From contig CAWACM010000014.1 in the NCBI GenBank assembly GCA_963780455.1, forward strand, positions 42,737 through 106,736: a stretch of 64,000 bases of DNA, written 5' to 3'. This DNA comes from an uncultured Pseudomonadota bacterium (lineage in GTDB: Bacteria > Pseudomonadota > Gammaproteobacteria > Steroidobacterales > Steroidobacteraceae). Below the pieces are notes generated by a model. It saw only the letters and a program-made list of their open reading frames with translations. It did not search any database and had not been told where the DNA came from. Of the stretch, positions 36,450 to 47,550 are shown one piece after another (within the stretch, counting starts at the first letter, position 1; each line of letters begins with the position of its first letter). The position numbers were made by a program, and so were the translations under genes.

Positions 36450-37397
36450 TCAGTCGCGCCGCCCTGGCCGCCTGAGAGCGGAGGGCGGCGCGCCCAGCAC
36501 GCGCAGGAAGCTGCGCCGCATCCGCTCCGGATTGCCGAAACCGCACGCCGCGGCCACCTGTTGGATGGTAGGGTTGCCGCTCTCCAGGTCGGCGCGCGCG
36601 GTGTCGACGCGCAGCCGCTCGACCGCTTTGGCGGGCGCGATGCCCACCTCCTCCTTGAATGCCCGCGAGAAGTTCCGCGGGCTCATGCAACTCACGCGGG
36701 CGAGCTCGTCGATGCTGAGCCGGTCGCGAAGATGCGTCCTGACATGGTCCCACAGCTTGCCGAAACGCCCGTCGGCGCGCTCCATCTGCAGTAGCGGCGA
36801 GAACTGCGACTGACCTCCGGGCCGGCGGTGGTAGACCACGAGCTGCTGCGCCGTGCGCCGGGCGATGTCCTCGCCCAGGTCCTCACCGATCAATGCCAGC
36901 GCGAGGTCGATGCCGGCCGTGATGCCCGCTGAGCTCCAGATCTTGCCGTCCCTGACAAAGATCCGGTCGGCATCCAGCCGCACCTTGGGAAACCGCCGGC
37001 TGAAGTCCGCCGTCAGGCTCCAGTGAGTCGTCGCGCTCCTGCCGTCGAGCAGGCCGGCGGCGGCCAGCACGTAGGTACCCGAGCAAACGCTCGCGACCCG
37101 GCGCGAGCGCTGCGCGCAGCCCGACACGAACCGCAGTGTCCTGCCGCAGACCGCGGCCTGGCGCGAGCCTTCACCGCCCGCGACGATCAGCGTATCGATG
37201 GCCTGCGCCGGGCCGAGCGCCGCAGCCTGCAGGCAGACACCCGATGAGCTCGCCACCGCACCCGGTGCGGTCGCGACGGTGCGCAGCGTGTACGTGCCGG
37301 GGCGGTAGCGCTCCGCGATCTCGAAGGCCGCGATCGGCCCGGTCGCATCGAGGATCTGGAACTGCGGAAAGACGAGCAATGCGATGCGGCGGGGCAT
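36450..37397 (-). CDS. GlxA-family transcriptional regulator (DJ-1/PfpI domain + AraC HTH)
   Basis: The likely start is ATG 37397 (MPRRIALLVFPQFQILDATGP). The C-terminal AraC HTH reads LSIDELARVSCMSPRNFSRAFK. Confidence 0.85.
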   Translation of the reverse strand: MPRRIALLVFPQFQILDATGPIAAFEIAERYRPGTYTLRTVATAPGAVASSSGVCLQAAALGPAQAIDTLIVAGGEGSRQAAVCGRTLRFVSGCAQRSRRVASVCSGTYVLAAAGLLDGRSATTHWSLTADFSRRFPKVRLDADRIFVRDGKIWSSAGITAGIDLALALIGEDLGEDIARRTAQQLVVYHRRPGGQSQFSPLLQMERADGRFGKLWDHVRTHLRDRLSIDELARVSCMSPRNFSRAFKEEVGIAPAKAVERLRVDTARADLESGNPTIQQVAAACGFGNPERMRRSFLRVLGAPPSALRRPGRRD

Positions 37398-37481
37398 GGC
37401 ACGAAAGGTGGGAAAAATGTCGTTTACGCCAACAGCGTACCGAGGCATGCTGGCCGCGTCAACTGCGGGCGAGGAAGCATC

Positions 37482-38189
37482 ATGAGCGCCGATTTTCCGG
37501 TGGTGTTCGCGCTGTATCCGAACATCACGCAACTCGACTTCACCGGTCCCCACGAAGTGTTCGCGCGTCTGCCGGGGGCGAAGTGCATTCTCGCGTCGGT
37601 CGCGGGAGGTACCCTCGAGGCGGGCGGCGGCATGACGTTCGCGGGCCTTCGCAGGCTCCAGGACGTCGAGTCGTGCGGGCTGCTCTGTGTTCCGGGCGGC
37701 TACGGCACCATCCAGGCGCTGGAAGACCGGGAATTCCTGGCCGCGCTGCGCCGCCTCGCCGGCTCGGCGCGCTACGTGACATCGGTCTGCACCGGCTCAT
37801 TGCTGCTCGCGGCAGCGGGACTCCTGAGCGGGAAGCGCGCGGCATGTCACTGGGCGTGGCGCGACTCGCTGGCGGCTTTCGGCGTGACCCCCGATCCCGC
37901 CCGCGTGGTCCGCGACGGCAACACCATCACGGGCGGTGGTGTGACCGCCGGCATCGATATGGCGCTGACCGTGTTGGCGGAGATCGCAGGGGCGGAATAC
38001 GCGCAGGCCGTCCAGCTGGCGATCGAGTACGCGCCCATGCCACCCTTTGACTCCGGACGGCCGGAGCGCGCTCGCCCGGAGATCGTGGCGGCGGCCAGGC
38101 AGCGGTTGGACGCTACGAGAGCGGAGCGCGATGCGGCCGTCCGCCGCGCCGCTGCCGCGCTCGCTGGGCAGCAGGTTCAGGTCGCGTAA
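37482..38189 (+). CDS. DJ-1/PfpI-family protein (isocyanide-hydratase-like)
   Basis: The sequence VVFALYPNITQLDFTGPHEVF...VTSVCTGSLLLAAAGLL has a nucleophile-elbow Cys. The gene is divergent from the GlxA-type regulator. Confidence 0.85.
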   Translation: MSADFPVVFALYPNITQLDFTGPHEVFARLPGAKCILASVAGGTLEAGGGMTFAGLRRLQDVESCGLLCVPGGYGTIQALEDREFLAALRRLAGSARYVTSVCTGSLLLAAAGLLSGKRAACHWAWRDSLAAFGVTPDPARVVRDGNTITGGGVTAGIDMALTVLAEIAGAEYAQAVQLAIEYAPMPPFDSGRPERARPEIVAAARQRLDATRAERDAAVRRAAAALAGQQVQVA

Positions 38190-38578
38190 TCGCCGCGGCC
38201 GCGCGGATACTGCTCCTCCCAATCCTGGCCGTTGAACGATGTGACGGTCATCTCCGCGACCGTACCGGGATCCAGGCAGCGGGCGTTGACGCTGAAGCCG
38301 TCGGGATGGGAGCGCGGGACGTAGAAGGACTTGATGCCGCAGACCGAGCAGAAGAGATGCTTCGCGGTGCCCGTATTGAAGGTGTAGGTCGTGAGCACGT
38401 CGCCGCCGGAGAGCAGCTCGAACTGCTCGGCCCGCACGATCAGGTGCAGATACCCCGCCATGTTGCAGATCGAGCAGTTGCACTCCGAGACCTGCACCCG
38501 CGCGGGAGCCTGTACCTCGAACCTGACTCGGCCGCAGTGGCAGCCGCCGCGGTGTGTGACCGGTGGTAGCTCTGACAT
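38177..38578 (-). CDS. GFA (glutathione-dependent formaldehyde-activating/CENP-V) family protein
   Basis: The zinc-binding Cys pattern GGCHCGRVRFEV...CNCSICN...CSVCG is present. Confidence 0.85.
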   Translation of the reverse strand: MSELPPVTHRGGCHCGRVRFEVQAPARVQVSECNCSICNMAGYLHLIVRAEQFELLSGGDVLTTYTFNTGTAKHLFCSVCGIKSFYVPRSHPDGFSVNARCLDPGTVAEMTVTSFNGQDWEEQYPRGRGDYAT

Positions 38579-38812
38579 CGACGGCTCCTATCGGTTTCCT
38601 CAGCGGCAAGTACGGGCGACAAACGCGGTGTTGCCGAGCAGACTGCATTGCATTGCTGGACTCCCCGGGGCGGCGACCCCGCCAGCCCATTGTAATGCGG
38701 ATATAGTAAAACCGGACGAGCCGTTCAGCTCGGGCTCAGGTACCTTGCGGCAGTCTGTCGGCAAGTCTCTTGCTGTCATTCTCTTGCCGTAATCACGTGG
38801 AGGGTGTTCAAA

Positions 38813-39193
38813 ATGAAGCGAATGATCATGGGAGCGATGGTGCTGTCGCTGGCTGTGGGATCCCTGGCACTGGCCGATCCCCCAGGCTACGACCGGGACC
38901 ATCATGACCAGCATCACCATATGGACGAGCATCATCGACCGATGGAACATCACGGAAGGTGGGGCGGCGACAGGTATGTGCGGCCGCACGGATATTACGC
39001 GCGCACGTGGCGTCGCGGTGATCGGCTACCGCCGGCGTACCGTGCTTCTGCCTATGTCATCCCCGACGTCGCCGTCTATCACCTCCGTCCGCCGCCCCGG
39101 GGTTACTACTGGATCCGGGTGGATGGCAACGCGGTCCTCGCGTCCATGGCGACAGGGGCTGTGCTGGACGTCCACGTCAACTTGTTCCCGTAG
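38813..39193 (+). CDS. RcnB-family periplasmic protein with His-rich segment
   Basis: ATG 38813 lies 8 nt after GGAGGG. It has a signal peptide and a His-rich stretch (HHDQHHHMDEHHRPMEHH). The C-terminal part, LPPAY...YHLRPPPRGYYWIRVDGNAVLASMATGAVL, is RcnB-like. Confidence 0.75.
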   Translation: MKRMIMGAMVLSLAVGSLALADPPGYDRDHHDQHHHMDEHHRPMEHHGRWGGDRYVRPHGYYARTWRRGDRLPPAYRASAYVIPDVAVYHLRPPPRGYYWIRVDGNAVLASMATGAVLDVHVNLFP

Positions 39194-39202
39194 CAATCAG
39201 CG

Positions 39203-39238
39203 ACGCCCGTGCCCGGGATCGGGCCCCGGCACGGGCGT
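39203..39238 (+). terminator. GC-rich hairpin after the rcnB-like gene
   Basis: ACGCCCGTGCC...GGCACGGGCGT is a perfect 11-bp stem, and further pairs are possible. There is no U-tract. Confidence 0.4.
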
Positions 39239-39651
39239 TGCGCCTGACGGCTCGCCCGCCTCTTTTCGTCACAATCCTTCATTGCCTGGCCACCGTTGCA
39301 TCCTCAGGGATGCGCGGATCGAGGCGCTCAATGCTCCCAGTCCCACCACCGGGAGTATGCCGTGGTCCGCTCACCGATCCCCCTGACTGGTCCGTCGCAA
39401 CGGTTGCATAGGCTCACGCTGCGGGCGCTGTATCTCAGGCCCGGCCTGATCGCGAAGGTCCTGGCCATCGTCGCATTCTTCACTGTCGGCATCGTGTAGC
39501 GCATCTGTTGCGCGCGCGCACTGCCGCTCGTCGCGGCGGTGGCTCGGCTGGCCTTGCGGGAAGGCGGAGGCTGAGCAAAACGGGCCGCGTCCGGATAAAG
39601 TGGCGCCCCTCGCCCCACTGTGCTGGGGATTCTGGGAGGCTGCCCTTGCGA

Positions 39652-42600
39652 ATGCGCGGTCTTGCATGGCTCGTGGTTGGATTGTCCGTGGCGAACCTCG
39701 CGTGTGCCGCCGCCGGCGCGAGCGCGGTCGATCCGTCGAATTATCAGGCGCTGCACTGGCGGCTCATCGGCCCCTTCCGCGGCGGGCGCGTGCTCGCGGT
39801 CACGGGCATCCCCGGTGACAGCCACGACTTCTACTTCGGCTCCGTGGATGGCGGCGTCTGGAAGACGCAGGATGCCGGCCGGACCTGGCAGCCGATCTTC
39901 GATGGCCAGCCGGTAGGCTCGATCGGCGCCGTCGCAATCGCGCCCTCCAGCCCGGCGACGATCTACGTGGGCACGGGCGAAGCCGACATGCGCTCCGACA
40001 TCGCGCAGGGCAACGGCATGTACAGGTCCACGGACGGCGGCGCGCATTGGACGCACATCGGCCTTACCGACTCGCGCCAGATCGCGCGCATTCTGGTCGA
40101 TCCGCATGACCCCAACCTGGTGTACGTCGCCGTCCTGGGCCATCCGTATGGTCCCAGTGCGCAGCGCGGCGTATTCCGCTCCCGGGATGGCGGCCAGCAT
40201 TGGACCAGGGTTCTTTACCGGAATCCCAACACCGGTGCGGCCGACCTCGCCCTCAAGCCGGGTGACCCCAACACTATCTATGCCGCACTGTGGCAGACCC
40301 GGCGACCACCCTGGAACGTCTATCCGCCATCCAACGGGCCCGGCAGCGGCCTTTACATCTCTCACGACGGCGGTGACCACTGGAGCCACGTCGCGGCTCA
40401 CGGCTTGCTGACGAATCCCGGCCGCATCGGTCTGGCGGTCTCGCCTGCGAGTCCGGACCGGGTCTACGCGCTTGCCGATGGTCCACGCACCCAGGGCGGC
40501 CTATATCGGTCGGATGACGGCGGCGCCAGCTGGCGCCATATCTCGGCTGATGACCGGATCTGGGGACGCGGCTGGTACTTCTGCGCGCCCACGGCCGATC
40601 CGGTCGACGCCGACCTGGTGTATGTGATGAACACCATCGTCCTCGAGTCGCAGGATGGCGGCGCGCATTTCATCGCCCTGAAAGGCGATCCGACCGGTGA
40701 TGACTTCCATGCGCTGTGGATCGATCCGACGGATTCCAGGCGGCGCATCCTCGGCAGCGACCAGGGCGCGCAGGTCACCCTGAATGGCGGCAAGACCTGG
40801 AGCAGCTGGTACAACCAGCCCACCGCGCAGATCTATCACGTCAGCACCGACGACGAGTTCCCCTACTGGGTCTTCGGGTCGCAGCAGGATTCCGGCGCGG
40901 TGGCACTGCCGAGTCGTGCGGCGAGCTACGACGGCATCACGATGGAGCAGTTCCACGAGATCACACCGGGCGGTGAGAACGGCATGATCGCCGCCGATCC
41001 GCATGACCCTGACCACATTTATGGTGATGGCAGCGATGCCGGCGCCAGCGTCGAGATGCTCGATCGCAAGAGCAATCAGGTTCGCGACGTCAATCCGATG
41101 CTCGCGTACCCATGGGATCATTACCGCACCACCTGGACGATGCCGCTCATCTTCTCGAAGCGCGACCCGAAGACGTTGTACTTCAGCAACCAGCGGCTCT
41201 TCAGTACGGATGACGGCGGCACGCACTGGAAGCCGATCAGTCCGGACCTGACGCGGGTCGATCCCGGCACGCCGTCGAATCTCGATCCGACGACCGCGTC
41301 GGATGACTTCCACATCGGCAAGCGCCGTGGCGTGATCTACACCATCGCGCCCTCACCCCTGAGCGCCAACATCATCTGGGTCGGAACGGACGACGGACTG
41401 GTCTGGCGCACCGACGATAGCGGCGCACACTGGGTGCAGGTGACACCGACCGCATCGACTCCGTGGTCGAAGATTGGCGGCATCGACCTGTCCCACTTCC
41501 AGCAGGGAGTGGCCTACCTTGCGATCGACCGCCACCGCCTGAATGACGATACACCCTATATCTACCGCACGAATGATGACGGCAGGAATTGGACGCGCAT
41601 CGATTCCGGCATTCCGCGCGGCAGCTTCGTCAACGTGGTGCGGGAGGATCCCGTACGGCCGGGACTCCTCTATGCCGGCACGGAGTTCGGTATCTACGTC
41701 TCTTTCGACGATGGCGCCCATTGGCAGTCGCTGCAGCAGAGCCTGCCTGTCACTTCGGTGCGCGACATCGACGTGCACGGCAATGATCTCGTGATCGCCA
41801 CGCATGGCCGCGGATTCTGGATCATGGATGACGTCAGCGCGCTGCGCCAGATGGATGATGTGCATTCCGGGGCGGTCACGCTCTTCAGGCCCGCGGATGC
41901 GATCCGCGTACGCGCCGCGTCCTTCACGGGAACGCCGATGCCTAAGGACGAGCCGATGGCCGCCAACCCTCCCGACGGCGCAGTCATCGACTACGTGTTG
42001 CCTGCCTCGGTACAGGGCCCCGTGGAGGTGACGATTCGCGACGCGAGCAATCAGGTGGTGCGATCGTACAGCAGCGCGGATCACGTGCCGCCGCCCGATG
42101 CGGCGACGCTGGAGTTTGCTCCGGAATGGGTTCCTCCGGCTCCGCTTCCATCGGCAGCGCCCGGCATGCAACGGTTCGTATGGGATCTGCGCTATGCCAC
42201 GCCCGTCGCGCCCGGCTCCAGGCACCCGTCGCGGGATGGCGGAGTGTGGGGGCCGCCCGGCCAGTACACCGTCGAGCTGACAGTGGACGGACACAGCTAT
42301 CGCCAGCCTCTCATGGTGAGGCCCGATCCGCGCGTGAAGCTGCCGCAAGCCGCTTACGAGCGCGAGTTCGAGCTGGCACGCAAGGTCGAGGCCGCGAAGC
42401 TGCAGGCGTCGGCGGCTCTAGGCCGTGCGGTGACCCTGCTCAATGCGTTGGATGCGCGACTCGCCGGTGCCGGCGCGGCGCACCGGCAGATGGCGGCTCT
42501 GCTGGCCAAGGCCAGCGACATCTCCGGAACGACCCCGCATGCCATTCCCTTCCCGGCGGTGCCGTCACTGCGGACTGACAGCCTGCAGGCGCTCTCCATG

Positions 42601-42786
42601 GACCTCGACACTCTCGAGTCGGCCGTGGATGGCGCGGATGCGGATCCCAGCCCCGACGCGTTGGCTTCCTACGCGACGCTGTCCCAGAAGTTGGCGGCGA
42701 CGATCGCGGAGTGGACGCGTCTCGAGACGGTGGACGTGCGCAAGCTCAACGAGCGGCTGAAGGCCTCGGGGGGGCAGCCCATTTAA
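39652..42786 (+). CDS. Secreted BNR/Asp-box repeat protein (sortilin-VPS10 / GH74-like double propeller)
   Basis: A signal peptide runs from ATG 39652. There are about 10 Asp-box repeats ([45 protein letters not shown], ...). Confidence 0.8.
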   Translation: MRGLAWLVVGLSVANLACAAAGASAVDPSNYQALHWRLIGPFRGGRVLAVTGIPGDSHDFYFGSVDGGVWKTQDAGRTWQPIFDGQPVGSIGAVAIAPSSPATIYVGTGEADMRSDIAQGNGMYRSTDGGAHWTHIGLTDSRQIARILVDPHDPNLVYVAVLGHPYGPSAQRGVFRSRDGGQHWTRVLYRNPNTGAADLALKPGDPNTIYAALWQTRRPPWNVYPPSNGPGSGLYISHDGGDHWSHVAAHGLLTNPGRIGLAVSPASPDRVYALADGPRTQGGLYRSDDGGASWRHISADDRIWGRGWYFCAPTADPVDADLVYVMNTIVLESQDGGAHFIALKGDPTGDDFHALWIDPTDSRRRILGSDQGAQVTLNGGKTWSSWYNQPTAQIYHVSTDDEFPYWVFGSQQDSGAVALPSRAASYDGITMEQFHEITPGGENGMIAADPHDPDHIYGDGSDAGASVEMLDRKSNQVRDVNPMLAYPWDHYRTTWTMPLIFSKRDPKTLYFSNQRLFSTDDGGTHWKPISPDLTRVDPGTPSNLDPTTASDDFHIGKRRGVIYTIAPSPLSANIIWVGTDDGLVWRTDDSGAHWVQVTPTASTPWSKIGGIDLSHFQQGVAYLAIDRHRLNDDTPYIYRTNDDGRNWTRIDSGIPRGSFVNVVREDPVRPGLLYAGTEFGIYVSFDDGAHWQSLQQSLPVTSVRDIDVHGNDLVIATHGRGFWIMDDVSALRQMDDVHSGAVTLFRPADAIRVRAASFTGTPMPKDEPMAANPPDGAVIDYVLPASVQGPVEVTIRDASNQVVRSYSSADHVPPPDAATLEFAPEWVPPAPLPSAAPGMQRFVWDLRYATPVAPGSRHPSRDGGVWGPPGQYTVELTVDGHSYRQPLMVRPDPRVKLPQAAYEREFELARKVEAAKLQASAALGRAVTLLNALDARLAGAGAAHRQMAALLAKASDISGTTPHAIPFPAVPSLRTDSLQALSMDLDTLESAVDGADADPSPDALASYATLSQKLAATIAEWTRLETVDVRKLNERLKASGGQPI

Positions 42787-43297
42787 AGCTCGATTGCGGG
42801 CTCGAGTCCTCCGGGCCCGCGCCTTCGAGCGCCAGCAGCTTGCGCTTGATCGGCAGGCCGCCGCCGAACCCCGTGAGGCTGCCGTCGGCGCCGATCACGC
42901 GGTGGCAGGGCACGATGATGGGCAGGGGATTGGCGCCGTTGGCGAGTCCGACCGCGCGCGGGGCGCTCGGCTTGCCGATGCGCCGCGCGAGCTCGCCGTA
43001 GGAAACCGTCTTCCCGTAGGGAATCTCCGTCAGCGCGCGCCACACCCGGCGCTGAAATTCAGTGCCCTGCGGTGCGAGCGGCAGCTCGAATCGGCGCCGC
43101 TCCCCGGCGAAGTATTCGCCGAGCTGCCGGATCGCCAGGCGAAACGGCGCAGCAGCGGCGATCCAATCGTCCGCCGGCTGTCGCGGATGCGGACCGGACT
43201 GGAAGCACACCTGGATCAGGCTGTCGCCGTCGCCGGCGAGGAGCAGCCTGCCGACGGGTGAGTCGAACTCATGCCAATAAAGGGCTGGGGTTTTCAT
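42746..43297 (-). CDS. ogt: Methylated-DNA-protein-cysteine methyltransferase
   Basis: The active site IVPCHRVIG is present. ATG 43297 forms an ATGA overlap with the upstream ada/alkA gene. Confidence 0.88.
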   Translation of the reverse strand: MKTPALYWHEFDSPVGRLLLAGDGDSLIQVCFQSGPHPRQPADDWIAAAAPFRLAIRQLGEYFAGERRRFELPLAPQGTEFQRRVWRALTEIPYGKTVSYGELARRIGKPSAPRAVGLANGANPLPIIVPCHRVIGADGSLTGFGGGLPIKRKLLALEGAGPEDSSPQSSFKWAAPPRPSAAR

Positions 43298-44781
43298 CGG
43301 GCATCTCCACGAAGTTGGCGGTCGCCGGCCGCGCACCAGAGGTGCATGACCGCATAGCCGCGCCAGGGCCGCCACGCCTCGGCGCGGCGTTCCAACTCTT
43401 TCAGCGTCAGCGGCGCGCCGCCACCGGCTGCCATGCGCCGCACGACCAGATCGGCGGTCAGGAATGCGTCAGGCTCACCGAGCGCGCGCAGCGCAATGTA
43501 CTGCGCCGTCCATTCGCCGAAGCCCGGCAGCTCCACCAGGCTGGCGATGACCTCATCGGCGGGCCGGTCGAATGTGACCCGACCCTCGGCCACCGCCTGA
43601 CCCAGGGCCTTGAGCGCCGCGACCCGTGCTCCGGTGAGCCCCAGGCCATCGAGATTCGCGGCCGCGAGCGCCCGCGGGGTTGGAAAGAGGCGATCGAGTC
43701 CGCTTACCGCGGTCGCGACCGGGTCGCCGACGCGCTCGACGAGGCGCCCCGCCAGAGTGCGTGCGGCTGCCACGGTGACTTGTTGACCCAACACCGCGCG
43801 CACGGCGCACTCGAACGCGTCCCATGTGCCCGGAATGCGTATCCCGGGCCGGCGGCGCACCAGCGGACGCAGCAGCGGATCCGATTCCAGACCCGCGGCG
43901 ACGAGCGCCGGGTCGGCGGCGAGATCGAACACGCGCCGCGCGGCGGTGGCGATCTGGAAGAGCGCCGTGGGCGGCGCCCCCTGGACGCGAAGCTGCAGCG
44001 CGTCCTTCCCTGCCACCGGCTGCACCTGGATCACTGCGTGACCGGCATCGGTGCGGATCAGCCGGCCGTAGCTCTGCTCATCCATCCGCTCCACGGCCGG
44101 TGTGGCGCGCAGCGCGAGAAAATCGCGCAGGTGATCCCAGTCATAGGGCGGGCGGTAGGAGAGGGTGAGCGAGACCTCCTCGCCCCTGCCGTGAGCCGGC
44201 GGCTCGCGGCGGTCGCGGCGCAGGTCCCGCGGCGGCCGGCCGTAGGCGTTGCGGAACGCATCATTGAAGCGGCGCAGGCTGCCGAACCCGGCGGCCAGCG
44301 CGATCTGCGTCATCGGCAGATCGCTCTCATCGATCAGCCGCTTGGCGAAGTGCAGGCGCCGCGTCTGCGCGACCGCGAGCGGCGAGGCGCCGACGTGCTG
44401 CAGGAAGAGGCGATCGAGGTGCCGCGCGCCAACACCGACACGGGTGGCGAACTCCCCGACGCTGACCTCATCGAGCGCGCCCTCATTGATGAGGCGCAGT
44501 GCCCGTCTCACGACCGCGGACGTCCCGAGCCACGCCGGCGTACCCGGCGCGGCCTCCGGGCGGCAACGCAGGCACGGCCTGAAGCCCGCTTCGGCCGCCG
44601 CCGCGGCGGAACCGAAATAGCGGACGTTGCCCTTCCTGGGGGAAGGCGAGGCCGGACAGATGGGGCGGCAGTAGATGCCCGTCGAAGTCACGGCGATGAA
44701 GAATTTGCCGTCGAAGCGGGGGTCGCGGCTCAGCCGCGCCCGCTCCAGCACCGTCGGATCGATTGGCAGCGTCTCTTGCAT
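43294..44781 (-). CDS. Ada-type regulator fused to AlkA DNA-3-methyladenine glycosylase II (Ada Zn domain + AraC HTH + HhH-GPD)
   Basis: The N-terminal part, [25 protein letters not shown], is the Ada Zn-binding domain. The HTH reads [18 protein letters not shown]. An AlkA-like domain follows at the C-terminus. Start is ATG 44781 or 44811. Confidence 0.85.
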   Translation of the reverse strand: MQETLPIDPTVLERARLSRDPRFDGKFFIAVTSTGIYCRPICPASPSPRKGNVRYFGSAAAAAEAGFRPCLRCRPEAAPGTPAWLGTSAVVRRALRLINEGALDEVSVGEFATRVGVGARHLDRLFLQHVGASPLAVAQTRRLHFAKRLIDESDLPMTQIALAAGFGSLRRFNDAFRNAYGRPPRDLRRDRREPPAHGRGEEVSLTLSYRPPYDWDHLRDFLALRATPAVERMDEQSYGRLIRTDAGHAVIQVQPVAGKDALQLRVQGAPPTALFQIATAARRVFDLAADPALVAAGLESDPLLRPLVRRRPGIRIPGTWDAFECAVRAVLGQQVTVAAARTLAGRLVERVGDPVATAVSGLDRLFPTPRALAAANLDGLGLTGARVAALKALGQAVAEGRVTFDRPADEVIASLVELPGFGEWTAQYIALRALGEPDAFLTADLVVRRMAAGGGAPLTLKELERRAEAWRPWRGYAVMHLWCAAGDRQLRGDAR

Positions 44782-44849
44782 GGGGGCGACGATACGCCCT
44801 GCTGCCGCCACAAACTAGCCATTTTCGGACGTGGATGGGCGCTACGCTT

Positions 44850-44862
44850 TTGCGACGCAATT
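44850..44862 (-). promoter_or_regulatory. Candidate Ada box (AAT-N6-GCAA)
   Basis: The minus strand reads AATTGCGTCGCAA, 40-70 nt upstream of the ada/alkA start. It matches the E. coli Ada operator consensus AATnnnnnnGCAA. Confidence 0.4.
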
Positions 44863-44959
44863 CACAACATTGCCAACAGGCAGGGGAGCTTGCCATAGTA
44901 TCCGCGGAGCGCTTCGCATAGAGCCCATTTGCGAGGCATAGGATCGCAGGGGGGAACTC

Positions 44960-46999
44960 ATGACGCTCTCTACCTCGACTCACGGGCTCGGGCCCACCAG
45001 AGGCGCGCTGCGCGCCGTGATCGTCATCGGCGCGCTCGCCGCGACGTCGCCGGTGCTGCACGCCCAGCAGTTGGTCGCCAATCAGGTCAACCAGCTCAAG
45101 CAGCTCAGCATAGAGCAGCTCACCGACGTCATGGTGACCTCCGTGACGCGCGGTCCGGAGCCGTTGTCCCGCTCCGCTGCCGCGGCCGCCGTCGTCACCA
45201 GCGGCCAGATCGAAAGCTCCGGCGCAATGAACGTCCCCGAGGCGATCCGCTACGTTCCCGGAATCAACGTCGCACAGCTGACGGCGAGCCAGTGGGCGGT
45301 CAGCTCACGCGGCTTCGCCAGCGCCAACTCCCCGGATCTGCTCGTATTGAGCGACGGGCGAAGCATCTACACGCCGCTCTTCTCCGGTGTGTTCTGGGAC
45401 GTGCAGGATTACCTCATGCCGGACATCGACCGCATCGAGGTGGTCCGAGGCCCCGGCGCGGCGCTCTGGGGATCCAACGCGGTCAACGGAGTGATCAACA
45501 TCATTACCAAGAGCGCCGAGGAGACACAAGGTGGCTGGGCCGAGGTGGGAGGCGGCTCCGCGACGAACGCACTGGCGGCGGCTCAATACGGCGGCGAGAC
45601 CGGCGATCAGATGTACTACCGCGTGTTCGCGAAGTATCAGAACGACGCCCCGGAGGACTACCCGGCCGGTGCCAGCTCGGACGGATGGGATCTCGGCCAC
45701 GTTGGGTTCCGCTCGGACTGGAAGCCTGACTCAGCGGATGCGTTCACCGTCCAGGGCGATGCCTACGACGGTCGCATCGGGCAAGTGAGTCCGGCGATCA
45801 ACGTCATCGGCCAACCCGGGCCGCCGCCGCCGCTGGTAGTCGGCGTAGGCGGCGGCAACGTGCTCGCACATTGGCAGCACACGATGAGCGATGACTCGGA
45901 TTACGAGGTGCGCATCTATTACGATTACACGCACCGTGACGATCCCGTCTTCATCGACGACCTCGCCACCCTCGATCTCGATTTCCTGGAGCATCTGCCG
46001 CTCGGCCGTGACCAGACGATCACGTGGGGGCTCACCGGCCGGACCATGAACGACATCAATCACGGCAAGGGGATCTTCACCCTCGATCCGCCCGACACCC
46101 GCGACAACCTCGCCAGTGGCTTCGTACAGGATGAGGTCTCTCTGCCGCACGCGGTGCGGCTGACGCTCGGCACCAAGCTCGAGCACAACGACTTCAGCGG
46201 CTTCGAGGTGCAGCCGAGCATGCGGGCGGCCTGGGACCTGTCGGACACGCGGACTCTCTGGGGCGCAGTGTCCCGTGCCGTCAGGGTACCGACAAGGATC
46301 GAGCAGGACGAGGAGATCGTGGTCACCAATCCCGCCGCGAGCGAGGTCGGCGTCTTACTCGGCAACCGCAACTTCCATGCAGAGCAGGTGCTTGCCTTCG
46401 AGCTCGGGTACCGCTGGCGGCCGCTCGCCGATCTCTCACTCGATCTTGCGGCGTTCCGCAACCGCTACACGGGACTCGCGGCGCTCCAGCTCGGCACACC
46501 GTACCTCGACGCTGCGACGGGGCAGATCATCCTGCCGATCTACACCGAGAACCTCATCGATGGGCACGCGACAGGTCTCGAGGGCCTCGCCCTGTACTCC
46601 CCGGTCGACTGGTGGCGGCTGTCGGTGAGCTATTCCTACATGCAGATGAGCCTGTCGCCGCTCGGCGAGGACCTCAATCGCAACCGTTTCTACGCCGGCT
46701 CGACGCCCCGCAACCAGGCCGGAATACAGTCCTACTTCGATCTGCCGCACAACGTGGAGCTGTACGGCGGTGTGCGCGTGTTGTCGGCCGTCGAAACGCT
46801 GCCCGAGATCGTCGACGGCACCGGCGACCCGGGTTATCAGGAACTCGATCTCAACGCGATCTGGCACGCCACGCCGCACCTCACCCTCTCGCTGGAGGGA
46901 AACAGCCTCCTCCACTCCAGCCACATCGAATTCGGCGACCCTGACGAGCGCAGCGCAATCAAGCGGAGCATCTTCGGACGGTTGACATGGGACCTCTGA
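44960..46999 (+). CDS. TonB-dependent receptor
   Basis: It has a signal peptide. The plug region reads VTSVTRGPEPLSRSAAAAAVVTSGQIESSGAMNVPEAIRYVPGINV. A barrel follows. 679 aa. Confidence 0.88.
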   Translation: MTLSTSTHGLGPTRGALRAVIVIGALAATSPVLHAQQLVANQVNQLKQLSIEQLTDVMVTSVTRGPEPLSRSAAAAAVVTSGQIESSGAMNVPEAIRYVPGINVAQLTASQWAVSSRGFASANSPDLLVLSDGRSIYTPLFSGVFWDVQDYLMPDIDRIEVVRGPGAALWGSNAVNGVINIITKSAEETQGGWAEVGGGSATNALAAAQYGGETGDQMYYRVFAKYQNDAPEDYPAGASSDGWDLGHVGFRSDWKPDSADAFTVQGDAYDGRIGQVSPAINVIGQPGPPPPLVVGVGGGNVLAHWQHTMSDDSDYEVRIYYDYTHRDDPVFIDDLATLDLDFLEHLPLGRDQTITWGLTGRTMNDINHGKGIFTLDPPDTRDNLASGFVQDEVSLPHAVRLTLGTKLEHNDFSGFEVQPSMRAAWDLSDTRTLWGAVSRAVRVPTRIEQDEEIVVTNPAASEVGVLLGNRNFHAEQVLAFELGYRWRPLADLSLDLAAFRNRYTGLAALQLGTPYLDAATGQIILPIYTENLIDGHATGLEGLALYSPVDWWRLSVSYSYMQMSLSPLGEDLNRNRFYAGSTPRNQAGIQSYFDLPHNVELYGGVRVLSAVETLPEIVDGTGDPGYQELDLNAIWHATPHLTLSLEGNSLLHSSHIEFGDPDERSAIKRSIFGRLTWDL

Positions 47000-47547
47000 G
47001 ATCCCGCGTTCGGGCCACGGCAGTCGCGCTTCTCATCGCCGCGGGCCTGCTCGGCGGCCGCAGCGCGCTCGCGGCGCCCACGGCGCAGCAGGTCGAGGCC
47101 GTGTTCCTGTTCTATTTCTCGCAGTTCGTCGACTGGCCGCCGGGATCCTTCGCCGACCAAAGCTCCCCGATCGTGATCGGCGTGCTCGGCGATGATCCCT
47201 TCGACGGCTCCCTCGATCAGGCGGTCGCGGGCGAGCGCGTGAATGGGCGGCCGGTCGTGGTGCGCCGCCTGAAGAGCCTCGCGGATGCGAGCGGCTGCCA
47301 GATTCTCTACATCAGCTCGTCGGAGGCGGCGCAACTGGCGCAGATCATGAGCGCGCTCAAGGGACGCAACGTGCTGACCGTGAGCGATCTCGACGATTTC
47401 GTGCAGAGCGGCGGCATGATCCGCTTCGTGCTGAGCGATCAGCACGTGCGGCTGGTCATCAACCCGCAGGCGGCGCAGGCTGCCGGTCTCAAGCTGAGCT
47501 CGAAGCTGCTGCGCGCCGCGGGCTCGGCCGCGCCGGGGGAGGGTTAG
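46987..47547 (+). CDS. YfiR/DUF4154-family periplasmic protein
   Basis: The sequence VEAVFLFYFSQFVDWP is typical of the DUF4154 family. The gene overlaps the TBDR gene end by 13 nt. Confidence 0.75.
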   Translation: MGPLRSRVRATAVALLIAAGLLGGRSALAAPTAQQVEAVFLFYFSQFVDWPPGSFADQSSPIVIGVLGDDPFDGSLDQAVAGERVNGRPVVVRRLKSLADASGCQILYISSSEAAQLAQIMSALKGRNVLTVSDLDDFVQSGGMIRFVLSDQHVRLVINPQAAQAAGLKLSSKLLRAAGSAAPGEG

Positions 47548-47550
47548 CCG

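Noticed and set aside
39250-39650. About 400-nt gap before the BNR gene, containing listed ORF 39296-39499 (67 aa)
   Set aside because: The translation has no coding-like bias or motifs. I could not support either a gene or a structured RNA here.
39328-42348. Three long minus-strand ORFs (39328-40401, 40501-41313, 41353-42348)
   Set aside because: All three are antisense to the Asp-box repeat protein gene, and none has recognisable motifs.
43072-44898. 608-aa plus-strand ORF
   Set aside because: It is antisense to the ada/alkA gene, whose domains are clearly recognisable. It is a shadow ORF.
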